Source of the DNA: Cyanobacteriota bacterium
Lineage (GTDB): Bacteria > Cyanobacteriota > Vampirovibrionia > JBFMGH01
DNA length: 59,375 bases
Direction of reading: 5' to 3'
Assembly: GCA_040752795.1 (NCBI GenBank)
Contig: JBFMGH010000646.1
Location: 1 to 59,375 of the forward strand
The notes below the pieces were generated by a model. That model had not been told where the DNA came from and ran no database searches. It saw only the letters and a list, made by a program, of their open reading frames with translations. Shown piece after piece: positions 33,921 to 42,659 of this stretch (position 1 is the stretch's first letter; each line of letters begins with the position of its first letter). A program made the translations under genes and the position numbers.

Positions 33921-36900
33921 CTACAGGGCAATAGTAAGTTTGATTTGAACAGTGTTTGAAGAGGTGGTAGACCCTGGTAAAAATTTCCCGGAAAAGCTCT
34001 TCCTGACTGCATTTAGGATGAGGTTGTCAACCCTTGAAGAACCACTTGAAGAAACAAGTGTCGATATAATGGAATTTGTAGAATTGTTAATTTTTACTGA
34101 TATTACAGTTGATCGAAGCTCTCCAGAGATTTGACTGCTCTTAAGTTCAGAATTGATAGCCGTTTTAGCTTTTTGAGTTGAAGAGCTAATAAATGTTTTT
34201 AGTTCTTTATCTATGATAGAAGAGTCAGCTGGTTTCCAGAAAACATTTGCCGATGTAATATATTGAATTGCTGCAATTTCTTTATCTTGAGGGTTGAAGC
34301 CCATTTTAATTGACTCTTCTTTTTCTTCCAGACCTGATAACACTGGATTAGAAGGAGCACTTGCCCTTGCTATATCTGCACTGGCAAGTTCATTTTGTTT
34401 GAAATCGTCGCTTGCACTATAACCAGCCTTAACAAAACCTTCACCTTCTTTTGAATTTTCAGGTAAGAAGCTTTCACCTTTTTGATTCTCTCTGGCAATA
34501 GTTTTTTTTGTTTGAAGAATCACAGGCTCTTTAACTTCTGGTTGTGCTGGTAATGCTTCGTCAGCCAGGCTGGCTAGAAGCTTTTGATCTTTATCAGATT
34601 TTTCTAATTTTCCCTGTGCTCTTGAAACTTTGCTTATAGATTGTGGTTTTGCAGGTGGTGCGTTAACAGGTTGAGCCTTGCTTTTTTTAGTTATTGTTGG
34701 TTGATCAGATTCTACTTTAGTAGAAGCTATAATATCAGCTGGCATTTGCTTATTTTGCTCCAGTCTTGCCCTGTCTGTAGCTGCTTCTGAGGGGGCTTTG
34801 TTGTCTTTATTAGCTATATGAAGTTTTTCTTCTGTTGCAGTCTGGGTATTTGTTACTTCATTTAGCAGTGTAGTATCCTGAGATGGTGCCTGGGCAAGTT
34901 TATCACCAGTTGATGCTTCCGGTTCTTCTTGAGTTGCCTCTCCAGTAGTGGTTTGTTCTGTTGGTTGTGTGGTTGAGGCAGGCACTTGTTGCTGGTTAGC
35001 AGTTTCTTTTGCTAGAGGGTTTTTAAAATCTATTTTTGGCAAAGAAGCAACAAGCTTATCTGAAAAGCCACCAAATTTTGGTGCTATTACAATTACACCT
35101 GCTATAACACCACCTATGAGTAATAGTGATGCTGTAAGTAAGAAGAACTTTTTAACTCCACCTTTTTTTGCTTTTTTTCGGGCTTTTTTAGCATCAGCTT
35201 TTGTTGTATCAACAAATTCTTGAAGTTGTGCAATATCTTGATCAGTAGGTATAGAACTATCCATAGATTGATCTACTGGAGCATACTGCCCCTGATATAT
35301 TTCATGGCTAAATTGATCTATTTGATCATCGAAATCAGGAGGTGAAATATAAGTTGATTCTTCCATTGCTGCCTGAGAAGTGAAGCCAGATTGTTCTGCA
35401 AATGTTATATTATCTCCATAAGAAGAATCGTCCATTGGTGGTAGGGTAATTTCGTCTTCATAGTCATCTTCTTCATAGTCATCTTCTTCACTTATTTCAT
35501 CAAGTGTAGATGCAGCACCAAAAACATCTTCAGCTGTTGGGGGTGTTTCAAACATTCCTTCCATCTCAGAAGAAATGTTAAATAAGTCTGCGGACTGAGT
35601 ATCTTCTTCTGGTTCATCTTGTCGGGAAATATTTTCGGTTCCTTTTATGAAAGAATCAAAGTCTGAGAAGTCGTCAGCCTTAGAATCTTCTGCTGGTTGA
35701 ATATGTTGTAGGGGTGTACTTAAATCTTCTATATTGAAAGAAGCAATTGAGCCGAATTCTTTTTCAAGGTCTTCCAGTGTGGCGTCTTCAGAAGCCTGTT
35801 GTGCAGCAAATGTTTCTATATCATCAGTATGGTAGTCGTCATAACTACTTATGTATTCAAAATCACTTGTATCAGGCAATGACAGTTCTGAAGGTTCTTT
35901 GTCTGGGATCGTTAAAGAATCATCTCCACTGGCTGTTTCTGTAGTGCCTGCAATAATAGTAGGGTCTTGAAGGTTAAAAGAGTCTTCCATTGATTCAAGA
36001 TCAATGTCACTTACTAATGTATCAAAGTGCTCTTCTTCCAAGCTTTCCAGTGTTAAACTGCCTTCGTGTTCAGGGTAATCAGTCAATGAATCATCTGAAT
36101 GATATTCTTCTTCATCATAAGTTTGAGCTTCAACACCTGCTGCGTTTAATTTAGCATTTATATAATCTTCAGCTGCCTGTGCTTCTGCTAATAAACGTTC
36201 TTCTTCAGACATTTCATCTAATTCTTGAGGCTCTATATATTCAGGTTCTTCAGATTCAAATACTGGAGATATATCAGGTTGTGAGAGTATTTCTTCAGAT
36301 ATTCCCACATCAGGGAGGGTATCAGGCGTTGTATCCATGATAGGTTCCTGGATCATTTCAGATATTGTAAACTCTTCAGCTTCTTCTTCTGAAGTTTCAG
36401 GGGCTGCAAAGCTTTCATGCCATATATCTCCTTCGGTAGGGTATTGTTGCCATAAAGCCTCATCATCTGATGCAAAAACATCTGATACAGAAGGCCCTGA
36501 TTCTCCAAAAGCATCTTCAGTAAAGACAGTATCTGGTGTGCTATAGGAAGCTTCCCATGCAGAGGTAGGTGTATCGGTTATGAAGGATTCTTCAGGTTGA
36601 ATATCAACTTCCTGGCCTGTCTCAATAATTCCAGGAGTAAATTCTTCAATCTGACTACGAAAGGGTTCACTCTCTACTTTTGCCTCCTGTACAAACTGTT
36701 CGATCTCTTCTATGTCTTGTTGTATAAATCCTTGTGTTTCTGTATCTTCAAGTTTGTCTGATTCTATTTCAATAGAAGTTCCTTCTTCTCTTGCTATAAT
36801 TTCATCCAGGCTTAGCTCTTTAATTTCTTCTTTCGCTATAGATTTTATTGCTTCAATAGTTTCAGATTTTGGAGCTGTTTTAGCAGCATATGGTATATCT

Positions 36901-37766
36901 TCTTTAAACTTTTGAATTGTTTCTTCTATTTCCTCGAATTCTTCATCCTCTTCGAATTCTTCAATATCTTCTTCAGGTATATATTCTTCATCATAAGAAT
37001 CTGTTTGAGTAGGAGTTACGAAAGCTTCTTCAATAGGTATGCTTCCGTCCAGATATATCATTGGCTCTTTTGGAGCTTTAATTTTTCGATCAAATAAGTG
37101 TAAGTAAAGTAGCGTTTCTCTACAATTTTCACAGTGTTGCATGTGGTTACGGAAAAAATTCAATTCTTTAGTGGTCAGAGAATTATCTAGAAAGCCTGTG
37201 AATAGTTCCTGAACTACGTCATGATCTTCTTCAGTGAATTTATCTAAGTCTTTTTTAGCTTTAGATATGGGTATAATAGCACTTGCTAGTTCTAATGGAG
37301 ATCTTAGAATGCTTCCATCGAATACATAGTAGTTTATTTTATCAGAGCTAGTTCCTATAGCATCTTTTATATCATCATAGGATACCCATCCAACTATTTC
37401 GGCTCTATCTTTGTTGGTATCCAGTGATATAGCAACGTAGAAATCAAATACATAACCAAATTCATATGGTTTTTTAGGTATCCAGAGTTGAGAATATTTT
37501 GTATTTACTATAGTTCTTGCATCTATATTAGCTTTTCCAATTTTAATATCTGCGATGTCGAAGCCTTCTGATAAGAAGAAATTGTCGCAGTAAGCTTCTC
37601 CCTCATCTATTTTAAGCCCCTGTTCTGAAAGAAAATCTTTTAATGTTAATGTTGCCAGTGTACTAACAAAAACCCTTTTTCTTATGCTTGAGCTTGTAAA
37701 GAATAAGCATTTCTGCCTAGCCTGTTTTTTGTGAGAGAGTCGTATCCTTTTAGTAGCAGATGGCAC
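33921..37766 (-). CDS. Giant anti-sigma-like protein: N-terminal domain, zf-HC2 (HX3CX2C), hyper-acidic linker, one TM, P/Q/T-rich linker and a TonB-C-like domain
   Basis: 1281-aa ORF. FLDNSLTTKELNFFRNHMQHCENCRETL is the anti-sigma zinc-finger signature (37122-37145). The single TM is KKFFLLTASLLLIGGVIAGVIVIAP (about 35078-35150). The C-terminus STVISVKINNSTNSIISTLVSSSGSSRVDNLILNAVRKSFSGKFLP fits the TonB_C pattern. It lies immediately upstream of the sigma gene. Confidence 0.6.
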   Translation of the reverse strand: MPSATKRIRLSHKKQARQKCLFFTSSSIRKRVFVSTLATLTLKDFLSEQGLKIDEGEAYCDNFFLSEGFDIADIKIGKANIDARTIVNTKYSQLWIPKKPYEFGYVFDFYVAISLDTNKDRAEIVGWVSYDDIKDAIGTSSDKINYYVFDGSILRSPLELASAIIPISKAKKDLDKFTEEDHDVVQELFTGFLDNSLTTKELNFFRNHMQHCENCRETLLYLHLFDRKIKAPKEPMIYLDGSIPIEEAFVTPTQTDSYDEEYIPEEDIEEFEEDEEFEEIEETIQKFKEDIPYAAKTAPKSETIEAIKSIAKEEIKELSLDEIIAREEGTSIEIESDKLEDTETQGFIQQDIEEIEQFVQEAKVESEPFRSQIEEFTPGIIETGQEVDIQPEESFITDTPTSAWEASYSTPDTVFTEDAFGESGPSVSDVFASDDEALWQQYPTEGDIWHESFAAPETSEEEAEEFTISEMIQEPIMDTTPDTLPDVGISEEILSQPDISPVFESEEPEYIEPQELDEMSEEERLLAEAQAAEDYINAKLNAAGVEAQTYDEEEYHSDDSLTDYPEHEGSLTLESLEEEHFDTLVSDIDLESMEDSFNLQDPTIIAGTTETASGDDSLTIPDKEPSELSLPDTSDFEYISSYDDYHTDDIETFAAQQASEDATLEDLEKEFGSIASFNIEDLSTPLQHIQPAEDSKADDFSDFDSFIKGTENISRQDEPEEDTQSADLFNISSEMEGMFETPPTAEDVFGAASTLDEISEEDDYEEDDYEDEITLPPMDDSSYGDNITFAEQSGFTSQAAMEESTYISPPDFDDQIDQFSHEIYQGQYAPVDQSMDSSIPTDQDIAQLQEFVDTTKADAKKARKKAKKGGVKKFFLLTASLLLIGGVIAGVIVIAPKFGGFSDKLVASLPKIDFKNPLAKETANQQQVPASTTQPTEQTTTGEATQEEPEASTGDKLAQAPSQDTTLLNEVTNTQTATEEKLHIANKDNKAPSEAATDRARLEQNKQMPADIIASTKVESDQPTITKKSKAQPVNAPPAKPQSISKVSRAQGKLEKSDKDQKLLASLADEALPAQPEVKEPVILQTKKTIARENQKGESFLPENSKEGEGFVKAGYSASDDFKQNELASADIARASAPSNPVLSGLEEKEESIKMGFNPQDKEIAAIQYITSANVFWKPADSSIIDKELKTFISSSTQKAKTAINSELKSSQISGELRSTVISVKINNSTNSIISTLVSSSGSSRVDNLILNAVRKSFSGKFLPGSTTSSNTVQIKLTIAL

Positions 37767-38024
37767 TTTTTAATCACCCTAACTGTAAACTTGTGTAGTA
37801 CTTAACAATGTTTTTTTGTTTAAACAGACCTCTTACTTTATTAGAGGGCACCAGTTGTATTAATATTCCAACTTTATTGAACTAGAGTTTTTTTATGAAG
37901 AAATGTAAAACTTTCTATTGCATGCTACTTGATGCATGCAAATAAATCCTTTTACATGTTTTAAGTAACCAGTGGTAATTATTACCAGCGAAAGAAGAAA
38001 AGTAACCGCTTAAGGAGATATAAT

Positions 38025-38375
38025 ATGCCTGCTATTTCCCCAGTAAGTCAAACAGTAACTCAAAAGGTAAGTTTCGCAGCAGCAAAACCTATTCAGTGGG
38101 ATAATGACCCTCAAAGCGCTCTCAAAAGATTTGAAAGCGGTAAGGGTGATGCTTGGAAAAGTTCAGGAAAAGGTAAAAAACTTGTAGGGCTAACAGCACT
38201 AGCTGCTATTATAGCTGGTGTAGTTTTACATAAAGTACCGGCAGATAAATTACCAAAAATTCTTGCTCCTGCTAAGAAATGGGTAGGTGATATGCTGGCC
38301 AGAGTTCAGGGCATGATTAGCAAAAAAGCTCCAGAAGCTACTGAACAGGCTCAAAAATTATTAACCGCCGGTTAG
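38025..38375 (+). CDS. Small membrane protein (hypothetical)
   Basis: 116-aa ORF with AAGGAG 7 nt upstream and one TM (LVGLTALAAIIAGVVL). It is followed by a strong terminator. Confidence 0.5.
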   Translation: MPAISPVSQTVTQKVSFAAAKPIQWDNDPQSALKRFESGKGDAWKSSGKGKKLVGLTALAAIIAGVVLHKVPADKLPKILAPAKKWVGDMLARVQGMISKKAPEATEQAQKLLTAG

Positions 38376-38423
38376 ATAAAAGATAATTAATTAGTCAATA
38401 AACAAATTAAAGGTTTTGATAAA

Positions 38424-38450
38424 CCCGGGAGTTTTTTCCCGGGATTTTTT
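38424..38450 (+). terminator. Rho-independent terminator
   Basis: A perfect 7-bp stem, CCCGGGA (38424-38430) with TCCCGGG (38437-38443), is followed by ATTTTTT. Confidence 0.8.
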
Positions 38451-38523
38451 GTCTGCTACGCAGGCAAAAACACCCTAGAATAATTTAAAGCCATATATCG
38501 ATTACTTTTGTGGATTGGTATAA
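38441..38523 (-). repeat. Intergenic repeat element, copy C (inverted orientation, fused to the terminator)
   Basis: The reverse complement reads TTATACCAATCCACAAAAGTAATCGATATATGGCTTTAAATTATTCTAGGGTGTTTTTGCCTGCGTAGCAGACAAAAAATCCC. By hand alignment it has about 10 mismatches to copy A over about 82 nt. Confidence 0.75.
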
Positions 38524-38595
38524 TAATTTTTAGTTATTTAAATAACATCTGCTACAATTAGTGAAGATTATTCAGAGGTTTTCGAGGAGATAAAT

Positions 38596-39906
38596 ATGGC
38601 CCGGTACGTAGATCTTATCTATAAAAAAAGATTTGGTGGCGAACATACTAAGCAAGAGATTCATCAGATTGTTAATGGTGTAATTACAGGTGAAATGCCA
38701 GATTATCAGATATCTGCCTGGTTGATGGCTATTTGTATAAATGGAATGACGCTTGATGAAACGGCATTTCTTACAGAGGAAATTGTTAAATCAGGAGAAA
38801 CGATAGATTTGTCATCTCTGGGTGAGTATGTAATTGATAAACATAGCACTGGTGGTGTAGGAGATAAGACTACACTTGTATTAACCCCATTATTGTCTTC
38901 AACAGGAATACCTATTGCCAAACTTTCCGGGCGGGGGTTGGGTCACACTGGGGGCACTATCGATAAACTAGAAGCTATTGAGGGTTTAAATACATCTATA
39001 CCTGTTGATAAGTTTTTAGATCAGGTTAAAAAATATGGTATAGCAGTTGGTGGACAGACTGCAAAGCTTGCTCCTGCTGATAAAACGCTTTATGCTATTA
39101 GAGATGTTACTGCTACAGTTGATAGTATCCCTCTTATAGCTGCATCAGTTGTTTCTAAAAAGATTGCAGCAGGTTCTAATGTAATAATACTGGATGTCAA
39201 ATATGGTACTGGTGCTTTTATGAAAACAGTTGCTGAAGCTGTAGAGCTTGCTAATACCATGGTTGAAGTAGGTAATAGGCTTAATAAACAAATTACATGT
39301 TGCGTAACTTCTATGGAGCAACCTTTGGGTTGTGCAGTTGGTCATAGTCTTGAGGTTATTGAGTCTATTGAAACTTTAAAGCATAAAGGTCCGGAAGATC
39401 TTACAGAATTATGTCTTACTCTTGGGGCTGTAGCATTGACTAAATCTAAAATGGTTAACAGCATTGATGAAGGTAAAGCGTTGCTGGTTAAGAATCTTGA
39501 TAATGGAGAGGCTTTGAAGAAGTTTGAAGATCTTATAAAGGCTCAAGAAGGTGATATTTCGGTAATATCAGATTATTCTAAGTTTAGACAGGCTAATATA
39601 AAACATGAATTTAAAGCAGATAACGATGGGTATGTGCTTAAATGTGATGCCTTATCAATAGCAAGAGCTTGTAAAGCTATGGGAGCTGGTAGAGATAAAA
39701 AAGATGACCCGATTAATATGGCTGTTGGTGTGGTGGTTAAGAAAAAGGTTGCTGATAAGGTTCAATCGGGGGAAACTTTAGCCGAAATTTATGCAGATGA
39801 AGATCAGCATCTGCAAGTGGCTATAGATTATCTGAAACAGGCTTATGAGCTTACTGATAAACAGCCTGAAAAACCTGTATTGATTAATAAAATGATTGGT
39901 GCTTGA
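38596..39906 (+). CDS. pdp: Pyrimidine-nucleoside (thymidine) phosphorylase
   Basis: 436-aa ORF. DKHSTGGVGDKTTL and SGRGLGHTGGTIDKLE are the family signatures. GAGGAG lies upstream. Confidence 0.9.
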   Translation: MARYVDLIYKKRFGGEHTKQEIHQIVNGVITGEMPDYQISAWLMAICINGMTLDETAFLTEEIVKSGETIDLSSLGEYVIDKHSTGGVGDKTTLVLTPLLSSTGIPIAKLSGRGLGHTGGTIDKLEAIEGLNTSIPVDKFLDQVKKYGIAVGGQTAKLAPADKTLYAIRDVTATVDSIPLIAASVVSKKIAAGSNVIILDVKYGTGAFMKTVAEAVELANTMVEVGNRLNKQITCCVTSMEQPLGCAVGHSLEVIESIETLKHKGPEDLTELCLTLGAVALTKSKMVNSIDEGKALLVKNLDNGEALKKFEDLIKAQEGDISVISDYSKFRQANIKHEFKADNDGYVLKCDALSIARACKAMGAGRDKKDDPINMAVGVVVKKKVADKVQSGETLAEIYADEDQHLQVAIDYLKQAYELTDKQPEKPVLINKMIGA

Positions 39907-39932
39907 TGATATAAAATTATAACTTTTATAAA

Positions 39933-39960
39933 ACAGGAAGAGCATACTCTTTCTGTTTTG
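39933..39960 (+). terminator. Probable terminator after pdp
   Basis: ACAGGAAGAG-CATA-CTCTTTCTGT (10 bp, one G-U pair) is followed by TTTTG. The U-tract is short. Confidence 0.5.
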
Positions 39961-39964
39961 CTGT

Positions 39965-39980
39965 GGGCGGGCGGGCGGGG
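39965..39980 (+). other. Canonical G-quadruplex motif (GGGC)3GGGG
   Basis: GGGCGGGCGGGCGGGG has four G3+ tracts with 1-nt loops. It sits in the 84-nt spacer between the convergent pdp and cheW-like genes. Confidence 0.6.
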
Positions 39981-39990
39981 CCTGAAAGCT

Positions 39991-41079
39991 TTATACGGCT
40001 TCTTCTATAATTAAACGTTCGTCTTGTAAAAATTTTTCAAGATCAAATATATTTATAACTCTTTTATCGTCGAAAATTATTTCACCAGTAGTGTATTTGA
40101 CTTTGTCTATTTGCATTAGTCCAGGTTTTGTTATTTTGTCTGTCGGTACGATTATTATATCAAATACTTCATCAACTAATATTCCTATTTGCATTTTAGA
40201 TGTTTTGACAAATATTATCTTTGATTTTTCTGTAATTTGGGTTTTAGATATACCTAAAAATCCTTTTATATCAAGTACTGGTATAAATTCGCCTCTTAAA
40301 TTACTGAGTCCTTTGTAAAATTCTGGCACACATGGCACAATAGCGAGATTAATAATTTTACTGAATTCTCTTATGTATTCAAGGCTTATGGCATACATTT
40401 CATTATTCAGCAGAAAGCTTACAAAACGGTGGTCAGAAGTTTTTTTTCTTTCTAAAGATAGATCAAGTTCAAGTTGAAGTTCTGTAGCTCTTTTTTTAAA
40501 TATTTCTATGGCTTTTTTATCTTTAGGAAATTGAGAAATCTGGTTTACAGTATATTTTAGAGCTGCTGGTATATAAGATTGTTTTTTCTCATCTGTTCCT
40601 ATTAGATTTTGCTCAGAGCTTTTCATTATTCTTGAGAGAATTTGCAGGTTTAATATAGCCAGAAGCCCTTCGGCTGTTTTTGCAACATTTTTAATAAGAG
40701 TATTAGAAGAGTCTATACCATAGGGTGTTTGTGATATTTGATCATTGGAAATAGTTACAACATTGCTTACAGCATCAACAATAAGACCCCATGAGGCATC
40801 TTCATAGGTAAGTACCAGTATGCAATCATCTGTTGTGTATGTTTTAGGTTCTAACCCCAGTGTTCTGCGTATGTCTAAGACGTTTATTATGTTTCCTCTA
40901 AGATTTAATATGCCTACTATATGTTCTGGTAAATGTTCCGGGCAATTTAGCATTGGTAATTTTATTACTTCTACAATACTTTGAGCCGGTGCTGCATATA
41001 ATCGTTCTGCAAGACTGAATGTCATGTAGAGGTTGTAATTAGTATCCAGGGTTTCTGTTGTTAAATAATGATTTTCCAT
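39991..41079 (-). CDS. cheW: Tandem-CheW chemotaxis coupling protein (two CheW domains)
   Basis: 362-aa ORF with two CheW-like units. The first is LYAAPAQSIVEVIKLP...IVGILNLRGNIINVLDIRRTLGL. The second is MYAISLEYIREFSKI...YKGLSNLRGEFIPVLDIKGFLG. Confidence 0.8.
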   Translation of the reverse strand: MENHYLTTETLDTNYNLYMTFSLAERLYAAPAQSIVEVIKLPMLNCPEHLPEHIVGILNLRGNIINVLDIRRTLGLEPKTYTTDDCILVLTYEDASWGLIVDAVSNVVTISNDQISQTPYGIDSSNTLIKNVAKTAEGLLAILNLQILSRIMKSSEQNLIGTDEKKQSYIPAALKYTVNQISQFPKDKKAIEIFKKRATELQLELDLSLERKKTSDHRFVSFLLNNEMYAISLEYIREFSKIINLAIVPCVPEFYKGLSNLRGEFIPVLDIKGFLGISKTQITEKSKIIFVKTSKMQIGILVDEVFDIIIVPTDKITKPGLMQIDKVKYTTGEIIFDDKRVINIFDLEKFLQDERLIIEEAV

Positions 41080-41086
41080 TTTCTTT

Positions 41087-42565
41087 CTACGGGTTGTAGA
41101 TTTCTATTCTATTTCTACCATTTTCTTTAGCATTATACAATGCTTCGTCAGCTCTTTTTATAAGTTCTTGTTCTTTTTGAATATCCTGAGTCAGGCTTGC
41201 TATGCCAATACTGACGGTAACTTTGATATTTGTTTCGTCTCCCCAGGTGTATTCAGCATCTTCAATTTTTTGTTTTAATCTTTTGGTTGGTATTAAGGAA
41301 TTTTCAAGGTTTGTTTCTGGTAAAACTATTACTATTTCTTCTCCGCCGTATCTTGCTACGCAGTCTGTTTTCCTGTAACTACTTTTCACTATAGCTGATA
41401 TTTTTTCTAATACAAAATCTCCTAGCTGATGGCCGTAAGTATCATTTATTTTTTTGAAATGATCTATGTCTATTAGTACTACACATAATTCATGTCTGTA
41501 TCTTACAGATCTGTTGAATTCTCTTTCGTAAATATCCTGAAAATACCTTCTATTGAAAAGTTTTGTGAGCCCGTCAGTAATAGCTAGAAATTTTGTTTCT
41601 ATATATAAGCTACGTAAACGCATCAGGAGAACCATTTCTTCTGCTACCAGTTTAATTAACTGATCTTCTTTGTAGTGGTTAGGTGTAGTGCTGTATAAAC
41701 ACAGGCCTCCTAGAACTTGTTTGCCGTAAGTGATCGGGATAATTATTTTGGATGCAAACTGGTTTATATCATCTATTTCGTATTTACTGTAGCATTCATG
41801 TTCTTCAAAAATTTCATATTCATACATATGATTTTCTTCCATTGTGAAAACGTCAGAATGAACTATCTGGAAGAAATCATCTTTTAAACCATTTAATAAG
41901 CCTTCATCGGTGAATAAATCATTAACGCTGAGGCTGAGTAGCTTTTTATCATCGCCATGGTCGTTAAAATAAATACCGGCAACTTGATAGTCTAAAATGC
42001 TAAAAAGAAGTGAAAATAACCCTTTTGTGAGGAAGGTTCTGTCATGGATAAGTTCAGAAAGGTTTCGGAATTCATTAGTAATAGTTGATTCAATTAATGA
42101 TTGGTCTAGTAGTTGGTTTACTCTTGATTTAATGTTGGTAGATTCAACTTTTTTTGTTTCTACCAGTCTTTTTCTTTCAGATTCTGATAACAATGATGTA
42201 GTGGCTAAGAAATTTTTGATTTCTTTAACAAGTCCTGAAATGTCTCCTCCTTTGATGAAAAATGAGTCAGCACCAGCTTTAATGCCCCAGAATCGGTCAA
42301 TTTTTTCATCAAGGCTTGTCAGTAGTATGATAGGTATTCTTTTGGTTAAGTTGTCATTTTTTAGAACTCTACAGAGCTGATAACCGTTAATCTCTGGCAT
42401 TATAATGTCTGAAATTATAATATCAGGGAAATTCTGGTATGTCATGGCAATGCCTTCTATACCATCTCTCGCTACACAGATATCAAAGCCAGCTTTAGTC
42501 AGGGCCAGCTTAAAAGTAGTGGCCTGTGTTATGCTATCATCTATAATTAGAATTTTGCCTTTCAT
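41087..42565 (-). CDS. Response regulator-diguanylate cyclase (REC-GAF-GGDEF)
   Basis: I trimmed the start to Met49 (MKGKILIIDDS, ATG 42563-42565). The REC domain has DIIISDIIMP, the middle region is GAF-like, and the GGDEF domain has an RYGGEEI active site with an RKTD I-site 5 residues upstream. Confidence 0.8.
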   Translation of the reverse strand: MKGKILIIDDSITQATTFKLALTKAGFDICVARDGIEGIAMTYQNFPDIIISDIIMPEINGYQLCRVLKNDNLTKRIPIILLTSLDEKIDRFWGIKAGADSFFIKGGDISGLVKEIKNFLATTSLLSESERKRLVETKKVESTNIKSRVNQLLDQSLIESTITNEFRNLSELIHDRTFLTKGLFSLLFSILDYQVAGIYFNDHGDDKKLLSLSVNDLFTDEGLLNGLKDDFFQIVHSDVFTMEENHMYEYEIFEEHECYSKYEIDDINQFASKIIIPITYGKQVLGGLCLYSTTPNHYKEDQLIKLVAEEMVLLMRLRSLYIETKFLAITDGLTKLFNRRYFQDIYEREFNRSVRYRHELCVVLIDIDHFKKINDTYGHQLGDFVLEKISAIVKSSYRKTDCVARYGGEEIVIVLPETNLENSLIPTKRLKQKIEDAEYTWGDETNIKVTVSIGIASLTQDIQKEQELIKRADEALYNAKENGRNRIEIYNP

Positions 42566-42659
42566 TTCTATAGTGTATATTATAAAAAAAACGCTTCTAC
42601 TATAATTAAGATATCTTAAAACGTGGAATAAGTACAAATAAGAAAATAGGCTGTGGTAT

